This document shows, piece by piece, positions 17,609 through 27,152 of a stretch of DNA of 64,000 nucleotides. The DNA comes from Clostridia bacterium. GTDB lineage: Bacteria; Bacillota; Clostridia; Oscillospirales; QAKW01. A program made the position numbers and the translations under genes. Positions within the stretch are counted from its first letter, which is position 1; every line of letters starts with the position of its first letter. The stretch covers positions 13,942-77,941 of the forward strand of contig JAGBEI010000009.1 of the NCBI GenBank assembly GCA_017937065.1. The letters run 5' to 3'. Under the pieces are notes generated by a model, which worked only from the letters and a program-made list of their open reading frames with translations, made no database searches and was not told where the DNA came from.

Positions 17609-18188
17609 GCTGCATACGGATAAGCTGATTGTTGTCGAGGGCAAGTATGACAAGATACGGCTGGAAAATATAATTGACGCACCCGTTATTGCCGTGGGCG
17701 GATTTCGGGTTTATAATGATAAAAAGCTGCATCGCACATTGAGGGAGCTTTCGAAAAACGGTGTGATTATCATAACCGACAGCGACAGTGCCGGGTATAA
17801 AATACGCGTGTTTTTGTCTAAAATTCTGCATGACTGTGAGATTACCGATGTTTTCGTGCCGAGAATTTGCGGCAAAGAACCGCGCAAGAGCGCGCCGTCC
17901 GCGCAGGGCTTTTTGGGAGTAGAGGGTATTTCCGACGATGTGCTTGTGCGCTGTCTTGAAAAATTCTGTGTGCGTATACAAAACAAAACGGACGACAGCG
18001 GAAAAATCACCGTGTCCGACCTGTACGCGCTCGGATATACGGGTACCGACGGTGCGCGCAGAAGAAAAAGTGCGCTTCTGAGCTATTTGGGTGTGCAGGA
18101 GGGGATATCCAACCGCTTTCTTTTAAGGATACTTAATGGGAGATTTACGCGAAAAGAGCTTGCAGACTTGAAATTGGAAGATAAATGA
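17601..18188 (+). CDS. Toprim/DUF4093 protein (ribonuclease M5-like)
   Basis: IVVEGKYD, IITDSDSAG, LGVEG. Confidence 0.85.
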   Translation: MDKLHTDKLIVVEGKYDKIRLENIIDAPVIAVGGFRVYNDKKLHRTLRELSKNGVIIITDSDSAGYKIRVFLSKILHDCEITDVFVPRICGKEPRKSAPSAQGFLGVEGISDDVLVRCLEKFCVRIQNKTDDSGKITVSDLYALGYTGTDGARRRKSALLSYLGVQEGISNRFLLRILNGRFTRKELADLKLEDK

Positions 18189-18221
18189 TATATACTTGTC
18201 ACAAAAGTGAGGTAAATTAAA

Positions 18222-19670
18222 ATGATGTGTGAAAACAATGTAAGATTCAACATGCTCGCGGATTTTTACGAATTTACGATGAGCAACGGCTATTTTGAAA
18301 AAGGCAAGCGCGATGAAATAGTGTACTTCGACATGTTTTTCAGAAAAATTCCCGACGGCGGCGGTTTTGCTATCGCGGCGGGACTGGAGCAGGTTGTCGA
18401 CTATATGGAAAACCTCAAATTTGACAGCGATGAGATTGAGTTTTTGCGCTCTAAGGGGATTTTCAGCGAGGAATTTCTGAAATACCTTGAGACGTTTGAA
18501 TTCTCCTGTGACGTTTACGCAGTGCCGGAGGGTACGCCGATTTTTCCGGGCGAACCGATACTGATTGTCCGCGGTCCCGCAATTCAGGCTCAGCTGCTGG
18601 AGACAATGGTGCTTTTGACAATAAACCATCAGTCGCTTATCGCTACAAAGGCGTCCCGCATTGTGCGCGCCGCGCAGGGGCGCGCCGTCAGTGAATTCGG
18701 CTCAAGACGCGCACAGGGCTACAGCGGAGCGCTGCTCGGTGCCCGCGCGGCTTATATTGCAGGCTGTGTCGGCACCTCAAACACACTGTGCGATATGCTT
18801 TACGGTATCCCGTCGGGCGGTACAATGGCTCACAGCTGGGTGCAGAACTTTGACAGCGAGTATGAGGCGTTTAAGGCATACGCCGAGATTTATCCCGACA
18901 ACTGCGTGCTGCTGCTCGATACATATAACGTGCTTAAATCAGGCATCGTAAATGCCGTCAGGGTGTTCAATGAAGTGCTTGTTCCCCGCGGCTTCCGTCC
19001 CAAGGGTGTGCGCATTGATTCGGGCGATATAACATACCTCACCAAAAAGCTGCGCAAAATTCTCGATGAAAACGGCTTTTCCGACTGCGGCATAATGGTG
19101 TCGAACTCTCTTGACGAGTATATTATCCGCGACACTATCGTGCAGGGCGCACAAATAGACTCCTTCGGTGTAGGCGAGCGGCTTATAACATCAAAAAGCG
19201 AGCCGGTTTTCGGCGGAGTGTACAAGCTTGTTGCCGTTGAGGATAAAAACGGCAGGATAATTCCTAAAATAAAGGTGTCGGAAAACGTCGAAAAAATAAC
19301 TCTTCCGCATTTCAAAAAGGTTTACAGATTTTATTCCAATGAAACGGGCAAGGCAATGGCAGACCTTGTATCTCTGTTTGATGAGCAAATTGATGATTCA
19401 AAACCGTACACGCTGTTTGATCCTGTTTACACCTGGAAGCAAAAAGAGGTGGACAATTTTACAGCCGTCAATATTCTCAAGCCGGTGTTTATCAAGGGTA
19501 AGCTGATATACAGGAAACCGCGTGCGTGTGACATCCGCGAATACTGCCTGGCGCAGATAGACACTCTCTGGGACGAGGTTAAGAGATTTGAAAATCCTCA
19601 TAAATATTATGTCGATTTAACGCCCAAGCTGTGGCAAATAAAAACCGATTTACTGAAGAAGTACAATTAA
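18222..19670 (+). CDS. pncB: Nicotinate phosphoribosyltransferase
   Basis: DFYEFTM, EFGSRRAQG, GTMAHSW, RIDSGD. Confidence 0.95.
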   Translation: MMCENNVRFNMLADFYEFTMSNGYFEKGKRDEIVYFDMFFRKIPDGGGFAIAAGLEQVVDYMENLKFDSDEIEFLRSKGIFSEEFLKYLETFEFSCDVYAVPEGTPIFPGEPILIVRGPAIQAQLLETMVLLTINHQSLIATKASRIVRAAQGRAVSEFGSRRAQGYSGALLGARAAYIAGCVGTSNTLCDMLYGIPSGGTMAHSWVQNFDSEYEAFKAYAEIYPDNCVLLLDTYNVLKSGIVNAVRVFNEVLVPRGFRPKGVRIDSGDITYLTKKLRKILDENGFSDCGIMVSNSLDEYIIRDTIVQGAQIDSFGVGERLITSKSEPVFGGVYKLVAVEDKNGRIIPKIKVSENVEKITLPHFKKVYRFYSNETGKAMADLVSLFDEQIDDSKPYTLFDPVYTWKQKEVDNFTAVNILKPVFIKGKLIYRKPRACDIREYCLAQIDTLWDEVKRFENPHKYYVDLTPKLWQIKTDLLKKYN

Positions 19671-19684
19671 ATAATGTTTACAAA

Positions 19685-19752
19685 TTGTGCAATATAACCA
19701 AAAATCGCATGACTGAAATTGTAAAAGGTGATTTTTTGTGTAGATTGCACAA
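19685..19752. promoter_or_regulatory. Pair of 17-bp TTGTG-N7-CACAA-like operators upstream of the ABC cluster
   Basis: TTGTGCAATATAACCAA (19685) and TTGTGTAGATTGCACAA (19736). Confidence 0.6.
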
Positions 19753-19852
19753 TTTATTTTTTAATTAAAATAAATAAGAACCCAAAAAAATGCGGATTTT
19801 AAAAAATAACGTGATTTGTACATGCTTTATTCTTTTTTTATTAATATTATTA

Positions 19853-19881
19853 TTGCATTGATTTCGAAATTTTGTTATAAT
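19853..19881 (+). promoter_or_regulatory. sigmaA promoter of the ABC cluster
   Basis: TTGCAT-17 bp-TATAAT with TG extension. Confidence 0.6.
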
Positions 19882-20000
19882 CAACTAATGTAAAGCAGTA
19901 TGTAATTGTGTCGGCTGTCGGAATTGCCGGTTCGGACGGCGGCATTCTGCAAAATACTGCACAATACGACATGTATATTATTGAAGCGGAGGTATCCATA

Positions 20001-23000
20001 ATGTATAACAGCAAAATGCCAAGATTTTTCTTCAGAACAATGCTCATGCTGTTAGCTGTCGTTATGCTTCTTTCGTCTTTCAGCGTTTTTGCTTTTGCGG
20101 AAACGGCGGACGGTGCGGATGAAAATTCCGTGTCGGACGGTGATGTAAGCGGAGCGGAAATCGGTGATGAGACGTCGGACGGTACGGACGATGAGCCTAT
20201 TATGCCGGACGCGGATGAGAACGATTCCATCCTCAACGGAGACGGCGAAGTGGGCGCGGAAGAAGTAAGTGACGAAGAACTGAAAAAGCTCTATATAGAG
20301 GGCTTTGAGCGTACCGGCATGTACGATGATTATTACGAAAAATATGCCGAGTACGACAAGAAGCTGGCGCCGATCGTTATTGATCCGAGAAACTATGTTT
20401 CAACAACGGCGGGTGCGCAGAAGCTTGACTCATACGAGGGTAAAAACGGCGTCGTGAAGATGGATAAAAACGGCGAGTTTGTGTATGAGGTGCAGATTCC
20501 CGAAACGGGTATGTACGCGCTTGAACTTACATATTTCCCGATGGCGGACAAAATCACAAGAGACCTTGAATTTGCTGTCTACATTGACGGAAAAGCTCCC
20601 TTCTCCAGCACGGAGAGCTTAACGCTTAAGCGCAACTGGGCTGACGAGACCGATGAGGCAAGCTATGACTCGGTAGGCAACGAGCTGCTTCCGGCGCAGG
20701 TTTTGTCCCCGAAGTGGCTGACGCTTGACTTTTACGAGCCCAACGGCAACTATAACGATCCTATTAAATATTATCTTGAAAAGGGTACGCATACCATCAC
20801 TTTGAAGTCTGTTTCCGGCACTTTTGCGATGTCGCAGATCAGAATTCACAATGACGGTACCCTTATATCGTATGATGAATATATCGCTCAGAACGATGCC
20901 AAGGGAGCGGCGGACGCGTCGACGTATTTTGAACTTGAGGCGGAGGACTATGTTGACAAGACAGACTCCATCATGCAGAATGCGTATGACAGAAGCGATC
21001 CCAAGGTTACGCCTTACAGTGTAAGCAAAACCACGCTGAATACCTTCGGCGGCGCTAACTGGAATACAAGCCTTGGCAGAGTAAATTATACAATCAATGT
21101 TGAGGAGAGCGGCTATTATGAGCTGTCCTTCAGATACAGACAGTCATTCCAGCGCGGTGCGACGATTTACAGAAGACTGTATATCGACGACGTTGTGCCT
21201 TTCAACGAAGCGCAGTCACTGGCGTTTGACTACGGCTCCGGTTATCAGTATACCGTTGCGGGAAGAACTAAAGAGGACGGTACGTTTGAGCCTTATAAGG
21301 TTTACCTTGAAAAGGGCACCCATACGTTCTCGCTTGAGGCTGTTATCGGTGACATGGCGCAGGCAAGCCGCGATGTTGAGCAGGCGGTATACCAGCTCAA
21401 CTATATCTACCGTAAAATCATTATGATTACCGGTACTTCTCCCGATACAAACCGTGACTATGAACTTTTTGACAGCGTTTCCAATCTGAAAGCCATGCTG
21501 CTTCAGATTTCCGATTCGCTCAAGACTATAAAAGCAAATGTCGATGCGGTTTCTACAAATACCGGCGGCGAAAGCGAAATACTCAATACTCTTGCTATAC
21601 AGATTGACAGCTTTCTCCAGAAGCCGTATACAATTCCTTCGCGTCTTTCTACCTTTAAAGATAATATAAGCACGCTCGGCTCGTGGATGATTGAAATCAG
21701 AGATATCCCGCTGCAGCTTGATAAGATTATTTTTGCCGGTGCAGATGTTAAGACCCCCGGCTATAAGGCGAACGGATTTGAAAAGATAGCTCATGAGGTA
21801 AGAGCGTTTGTCTCCTCCTTTGTTGATGACTATACCGCTATCGGCGGCACCTCCAGCGAGGAGGACAGATCTATCACAGCTTGGGTAGGAACGGGACGTG
21901 ACCAGGCTATCACGCTCAAAACACTTGTTGATAACTACTTTACTCCCGACACGGGTATAAAGGTAAATGTTTCGCTTGTTCCTCTGGGCGTATTGTCAAA
22001 GGCGATCGTTGCCGGACGCGGACCTGACGTTGCACTTCACGTTTCGCGTTCCGAGCCGATGAACCTCGGCTTCCGTAATGCGCTTGTAAACCTCAACGAG
22101 TATGACGATTATGATGAGGTTATCAAGAGATTTACCGATTACGCCACTGTTCCGTATACTATGGATACTGTTGACGCAGACGGCAATGAGGTGCATAAGG
22201 CATTTGCGCTTCCCGAGACACAGAACTTTACTATGCTGTTCTACCGCAAGGACGTATTTGACGAGCTGAAAATCAAAGTTCCCAACACCTGGGACGAGTT
22301 TGACGCAATTCTTCCTATTATACAGGAAAACAATATGTCAGTCGGTATTGAGTCGGCAATCTCGACCAACTTGTTCTTTACATTTATTATGCAGAACGGC
22401 GGCGAGGTTTATTATGAGGACGGCTCTCAGACCAGATTTGAAGAAGAGTATGCCGTTGATGCGTTTACCAAATGGACTAATTATTATACGCTCTATGATT
22501 TCCCGCTGTCTTACAGCTGGTACACACGTTTCAGAAACGGCGAAATGCCGCTTGTATTTGAGTCCTATTCAAATATCACATACCTTGCCGAGTCTGCACC
22601 TGAGCTTAAAGGTCTGTGGGGCGTTGCACCGCTGCCCGGCACCGTAGATTCGACCGGTAAGATTAACAGAACGGAAAGCTCTGTCGGTCTTTCCGCGTGC
22701 TGTATAGTTAAGAACAAAACCCACAGCGCCGAGATTGCAAAGCGCAGAGAGGACGACTCATGGGAGTTCCTCAAGTGGTGGACCTCCACCGATACAATGG
22801 CAGAGTACGGCAACCGTATAGAAATGGCTATCGGTCCTGTCGCCAGATATACAACCGCCAACGTAGAGGCGTTTGAGCTTCTCAACTGGACAACGGAAGA
22901 GGCTTCCGCCATCAAGGAGCAGCGCGAATGGGTTAAGGAATATCCCGAGCTTGTCGGCGGCTACTATGTCAGCCGTTCAATCGTCAACGCATTCAGAAAC

Positions 23001-23123
23001 GTAACAAATAACTATACAAACCCCAGAGAGATGCTGTTCTATTATAACGACCAGATTAATGACGAGATTTGGCGTAAACGTATGGAATATGACTTGTATG
23101 TTCCGGAGGAGGCGAATAAATAA
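20001..23123 (+). CDS. Very large extracellular solute-binding protein (N-terminal CBM-like beta domains plus C-terminal sugar-binding domain)
   Basis: Signal peptide, acidic linker, two YLEKGTHT beta-sandwich repeats, LFYRKDVF...VPNTWDEF; ATG 20001 after GGAGG. Confidence 0.85.
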   Translation: MYNSKMPRFFFRTMLMLLAVVMLLSSFSVFAFAETADGADENSVSDGDVSGAEIGDETSDGTDDEPIMPDADENDSILNGDGEVGAEEVSDEELKKLYIEGFERTGMYDDYYEKYAEYDKKLAPIVIDPRNYVSTTAGAQKLDSYEGKNGVVKMDKNGEFVYEVQIPETGMYALELTYFPMADKITRDLEFAVYIDGKAPFSSTESLTLKRNWADETDEASYDSVGNELLPAQVLSPKWLTLDFYEPNGNYNDPIKYYLEKGTHTITLKSVSGTFAMSQIRIHNDGTLISYDEYIAQNDAKGAADASTYFELEAEDYVDKTDSIMQNAYDRSDPKVTPYSVSKTTLNTFGGANWNTSLGRVNYTINVEESGYYELSFRYRQSFQRGATIYRRLYIDDVVPFNEAQSLAFDYGSGYQYTVAGRTKEDGTFEPYKVYLEKGTHTFSLEAVIGDMAQASRDVEQAVYQLNYIYRKIIMITGTSPDTNRDYELFDSVSNLKAMLLQISDSLKTIKANVDAVSTNTGGESEILNTLAIQIDSFLQKPYTIPSRLSTFKDNISTLGSWMIEIRDIPLQLDKIIFAGADVKTPGYKANGFEKIAHEVRAFVSSFVDDYTAIGGTSSEEDRSITAWVGTGRDQAITLKTLVDNYFTPDTGIKVNVSLVPLGVLSKAIVAGRGPDVALHVSRSEPMNLGFRNALVNLNEYDDYDEVIKRFTDYATVPYTMDTVDADGNEVHKAFALPETQNFTMLFYRKDVFDELKIKVPNTWDEFDAILPIIQENNMSVGIESAISTNLFFTFIMQNGGEVYYEDGSQTRFEEEYAVDAFTKWTNYYTLYDFPLSYSWYTRFRNGEMPLVFESYSNITYLAESAPELKGLWGVAPLPGTVDSTGKINRTESSVGLSACCIVKNKTHSAEIAKRREDDSWEFLKWWTSTDTMAEYGNRIEMAIGPVARYTTANVEAFELLNWTTEEASAIKEQREWVKEYPELVGGYYVSRSIVNAFRNVTNNYTNPREMLFYYNDQINDEIWRKRMEYDLYVPEEANK

Positions 23124-24082
23124 TGGCTACTGTTTCCAGTAAAGAAGTCGAGCTTCTTAAAAAGTCGCGGCTTACATTTGGGGAAAAAGCCCATCTTACA
23201 TGGAAACGTATGAAGGATAATAAAGTAAACTATTTTCTTATTCTTCCGTTTTTAATCTTTTTCCTGTTATTCACGATCATTCCGGTTCTGTCGTCGATCG
23301 TGCTTTCATTCACAAGATACGATATCCTCAACGCGCCGGTTTTTGTCGGCTGGGATAACTATCTTAGAATGTTTCTTGAGGACGAGGTTTTCCTCATAGC
23401 TTTGAAAAATACTTTCCAGTTCGCGGTTATAACCGGTCCTGTTTCGTATTTTCTCTGTTTCGTATTCGCGTGGTTTATCAACGATTTGCCGCCTATTGCC
23501 AGAGCGACGTTTACCGTTATCTTCTACGCACCGACGCTTGCAAATATCTACTTTATATTCCAGTATATTTTCAGCGGCGATATGTACGGACTTTTAAATT
23601 CGTTTTTAATTCAGTTCGGACTTATAAACGAACCTATTCAGTGGCTGACAAATACCGATTATATGCTGAACATTGTTATTTTCGTTCAGCTGTGGTGCAG
23701 CTTGGGTACCGGATTTCTGGCGTTTGTCGCCGGTCTCCAGAACCTCGACCCGTCGCTTGTTGAGGCGGGCGCCATCGACGGTATAAGAAACAGATTTCAG
23801 GAGCTTATTTACATAATTCTCCCGCAGATGGGCGGCTCGCTCATGTTCGGTGCGGTTATGCAGATTTCTCAGGCGTTTTCTGTCGGCGGCATTTCGTCAG
23901 CGCTTGTCGGCTTCCCGTCTATCGACTATGCGGCGCACACGATAGTTTTGCATATTTCCGACTTCGGTAATACGAGGTTCGAGCTGGGGTATGCGTCGGC
24001 GCTGTCCGTTGTTCTGTTTGCTATAATGCTCGGTATTAAGGGCATTGTAAACAGACTGCTCAGACGTTTTTCTCATGATTAA
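23123..24082 (+). CDS. Carbohydrate ABC permease (MalF-like)
   Basis: FVGWDNY, EAGAIDG EAA loop. Confidence 0.9.
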   Translation: MATVSSKEVELLKKSRLTFGEKAHLTWKRMKDNKVNYFLILPFLIFFLLFTIIPVLSSIVLSFTRYDILNAPVFVGWDNYLRMFLEDEVFLIALKNTFQFAVITGPVSYFLCFVFAWFINDLPPIARATFTVIFYAPTLANIYFIFQYIFSGDMYGLLNSFLIQFGLINEPIQWLTNTDYMLNIVIFVQLWCSLGTGFLAFVAGLQNLDPSLVEAGAIDGIRNRFQELIYIILPQMGGSLMFGAVMQISQAFSVGGISSALVGFPSIDYAAHTIVLHISDFGNTRFELGYASALSVVLFAIMLGIKGIVNRLLRRFSHD

Positions 24083-24102
24083 TGGAAAGGAGATTATTGT
24101 AG

Positions 24103-24957
24103 ATGTCAAAGTTAAGACGAAATAAAGTCGCAATAGCAGGCGATATTACTACATATATTCTGCTGCTGCTCTACGGCGCATTTATGGCATTACCGCTGAT
24201 CTATTCCGTTATTCAGGCGTTTAAACCGTATAATGAGCTGTTTATCTTCCCGCCTCGCTTTTTTGCAAGGCAGCCTACTCTCGGCAACTTCTCCCAGCTG
24301 TTTGACCTTACGTCATCTACCTGGGTTCCGTTTTCAAGATACGTGTTCAACACCATTTTGAATACCGTTGTAGGAACGGTTTTGCACATTATCGCTGCGG
24401 CGATGTGTGCCTATCCTCTTGCCAAGAACAACTTCCCCGGCAAAAAGCTTATCTTCAACGTAGTTGTATGGTCGCTTCTTTTCTCGGGCGGTGTTCTTGA
24501 AATCCCCGTATATCTTGTAATGTCTACCTTGGGCATTATAGATACATACTTTGCGTACTGGCTGCCGGAAATCGCGGTTGCAATGGGTACCTTCCTGCTG
24601 AAACAGAATATGTCGGAGATTCCGGACGCCATGATAGAGGCGGCGCGGATAGACGGCGCGGGCGAATGGAAGATACTGTGGCGCATTGCAATGCCCGCCG
24701 TCAAGCCTGCGTGGCTGACGCTGGCAATCTTCGCATTCCAGCGGAACTGGAACGCAACATCGTCTTCCTATATATATACGGAAACTATCAAAACACTTCC
24801 TACCGCACTCAGCCAGATAACGGCTACCGGTTCTGTTGCGCGTGCGGGTGAGGCGTATGCGGCGTCGGTACTGATGCTTGTACCTCCTATAATATTCTTT
24901 ATACTTGCTCAGAGCAGTACGGTTAAGACAATGGCCCATGCGGGTATTAAGGGTTAA
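24103..24957 (+). CDS. Carbohydrate ABC permease (MalG-like)
   Basis: IEAARIDGAGEWKI. Confidence 0.9.
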   Translation: MSKLRRNKVAIAGDITTYILLLLYGAFMALPLIYSVIQAFKPYNELFIFPPRFFARQPTLGNFSQLFDLTSSTWVPFSRYVFNTILNTVVGTVLHIIAAAMCAYPLAKNNFPGKKLIFNVVVWSLLFSGGVLEIPVYLVMSTLGIIDTYFAYWLPEIAVAMGTFLLKQNMSEIPDAMIEAARIDGAGEWKILWRIAMPAVKPAWLTLAIFAFQRNWNATSSSYIYTETIKTLPTALSQITATGSVARAGEAYAASVLMLVPPIIFFILAQSSTVKTMAHAGIKG

Positions 24958-24971
24958 GGGGGTAGAGATAA

Positions 24972-26504
24972 ATGAAAAAAAGTCTGAAAACAATCCTGCT
25001 GTCGCTTCTCATTGTTATAATGTCAGTCACGATGGCAGCTCCCGCGCTTGCATACATACCTTATAATACTTATAACTATAATTACTACGGTGAAACTGTC
25101 GGCAGTCCCTCCGGTTATGTTCCGGAAAAGGTTTACCTTGCCGAGGATCTCGGAATAAGCTCTATCCACAGCCCGACCGATATCTATGTCAGCCCCGATG
25201 AAGAGATTTATTTTCTTGACCTCGGCGGCGATAATGCCCGCGGTCGTATGTGTATCTTTGATAAAGACTTTAAGCTTATCCGCGAGTTCAAAAAGCTGAA
25301 GGATATTGACGGTTCGGATTATTACATGAACAATCCGAGCGGCGTTACCGTTGATAAGGACGGATATATCTATCTCTGCGATACCGATAACAGGGCGCTT
25401 TTAAAGCTTACAAAAGACGGGCAGATTGTCATGAAGTATGAACAGCCCGGCGACGATGTATTTGACGAGTCATATACCTATCAGCCCTTTAAAGTCGTAA
25501 TCGGTATTAACGGTGCGGCGTATGTAATTTCCAAGGGCTGTCTTGACGGTATTTTGGAATTTGACGTTGAAGGCAATTTTGTCCGTTTCTTCGGTGCTCC
25601 TAAGGTTCAGCTCAGTGTCGGCGACTATCTTCTGATGTACTGGCGTAAAATTTTCCGTGCGTTCGGCGGCTCCGATGTTGACGAGAACTTCGTCACCTTC
25701 GTTCCCACCGAGTTTGAAAATGTCGATATAGACGAGCATGGATTTATTTTCTCGACCGTCATTGCCAGTGAGTCATCTGTCGATGAGGTCTCCAAGCTGA
25801 ACTTTACAGGCTCGAATGTTCTGAGTCCTACTACAAAGAGCACAAAGAAAATTTCCGACAGTCTTTCAAGAAACTACGGTGACCTTGAGACGCTGGGTAA
25901 GGACAATGACAACAACTTTGTTGATATCGTTGTCGACGACGACGGATTTTTCTCTGTTCTTGACTCAAAGCTTTCAAAAATATTCGAGTACGACGCCGAG
26001 GGCAACCTTGTATTCGTCTACGGCGGTGCAGGTCAGCAGGCGGGTACAATGATTCAGGGCTCGGCAATGGCAAAGCTCGGTACAAAGACGCTTATAACCG
26101 ATAAAATCGGATGCAGTATCACCGTTTACAGACTTTCCGACTACGGTCAGTATCTGCATGACGCCGTTGTTCTTTACAATAAGGGACTTTACAGCGATGC
26201 AGAACCGCTTTGGCGCGAAGTCCTCAGATACAATGCCAATTCGGATATTGCTCATGTAGGTATCGGTAAGGTTTACTACATGAACGGTCAGTATAAGGAA
26301 GCGATGAACGAGTTCAAACTCGCAAATGACCGTGAGAATTACTCCCGCTCATACGAACTTTACAGAAAAGACTATATAAGAAGCAATTTCGGTCTGTTCA
26401 TGACAGTGATTTTGATTCTGATAATTCTTATCGTGCTTTGGCGCTTCTTCGGCAAAAAGATTATTAACAGCATCAAAGGAAAAAAAGAGGGGGGTGTACA
26501 ATAA
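24972..26504 (+). CDS. Secreted NHL beta-propeller/TPR protein with C-terminal membrane anchor
   Basis: Signal peptide, NPSGVTVDKDGYIYLCDTDN repeats, TPR-like helices, C-terminal TM. Confidence 0.8.
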   Translation: MKKSLKTILLSLLIVIMSVTMAAPALAYIPYNTYNYNYYGETVGSPSGYVPEKVYLAEDLGISSIHSPTDIYVSPDEEIYFLDLGGDNARGRMCIFDKDFKLIREFKKLKDIDGSDYYMNNPSGVTVDKDGYIYLCDTDNRALLKLTKDGQIVMKYEQPGDDVFDESYTYQPFKVVIGINGAAYVISKGCLDGILEFDVEGNFVRFFGAPKVQLSVGDYLLMYWRKIFRAFGGSDVDENFVTFVPTEFENVDIDEHGFIFSTVIASESSVDEVSKLNFTGSNVLSPTTKSTKKISDSLSRNYGDLETLGKDNDNNFVDIVVDDDGFFSVLDSKLSKIFEYDAEGNLVFVYGGAGQQAGTMIQGSAMAKLGTKTLITDKIGCSITVYRLSDYGQYLHDAVVLYNKGLYSDAEPLWREVLRYNANSDIAHVGIGKVYYMNGQYKEAMNEFKLANDRENYSRSYELYRKDYIRSNFGLFMTVILILIILIVLWRFFGKKIINSIKGKKEGGVQ

Positions 26505-27134
26505 ATGGATAAGGCTTTTGCTTTTAAGGGCACTATAAACCCATTTAAAATAGTCAACCATCCCATTGACACTATTGAATCTCTCAAAGAGAAAAAGAAC
26601 GGCTCGATATTTTCCGCGACTATAATCCTGGCACTTTTCACAATCTCGGAAATTATACTTGACGTAATGAAGGGTTTTATACAAAACACTTCGCGTATTC
26701 AGGACTTTAATGTCATTATGGTTCTGGCTCGCTCGCTGTTTATGGTTTTGCTGTTTGTTGTGGCAAACTGGGCGCTGTGTACACTGCTTGACGGCGAAGG
26801 ACGTATGATAGATATTTACGTATCCATCTGTTATTGTCTGATACCGCTTGTAGTTGCGCGTATCGTGGAGACGGTTGCCTCCAATATCCTGACGGCGGAC
26901 GAATATGTATTCGTTGATATGATTGTTCTTTGCCTGAATCTCTGGTTTGTATGTCTTGCGCTTTTTGCACTGAAGACTATTCATAACTACTCACTGGGCA
27001 GAACTATATTTAACGTTATTATTACACTTATAGGTATGGCAATTATTTTCTTCATCATTTTCCTGTTTGTCGTTCTTATGCAGCAGCTGTACATCTTTAT
27101 CGCGACAATTGTTACAGAGCTAATGATGAGATAG
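26505..27134 (+). CDS. YIP1-like membrane protein
   Basis: HP motif, about five TM segments, NWALCTLLDGEG. Confidence 0.7.
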   Translation: MDKAFAFKGTINPFKIVNHPIDTIESLKEKKNGSIFSATIILALFTISEIILDVMKGFIQNTSRIQDFNVIMVLARSLFMVLLFVVANWALCTLLDGEGRMIDIYVSICYCLIPLVVARIVETVASNILTADEYVFVDMIVLCLNLWFVCLALFALKTIHNYSLGRTIFNVIITLIGMAIIFFIIFLFVVLMQQLYIFIATIVTELMMR

Positions 27135-27152
27135 AAAGGAGAGTATTGATAA

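Noticed and set aside
19685-19752. Rex operator interpretation of the TTGTG...CACAA sites
   Set aside because: Rex sites are 18 bp (TTGTGAA-N4-TTCACAA); these are 17 bp with GCA/TGC inner bases.
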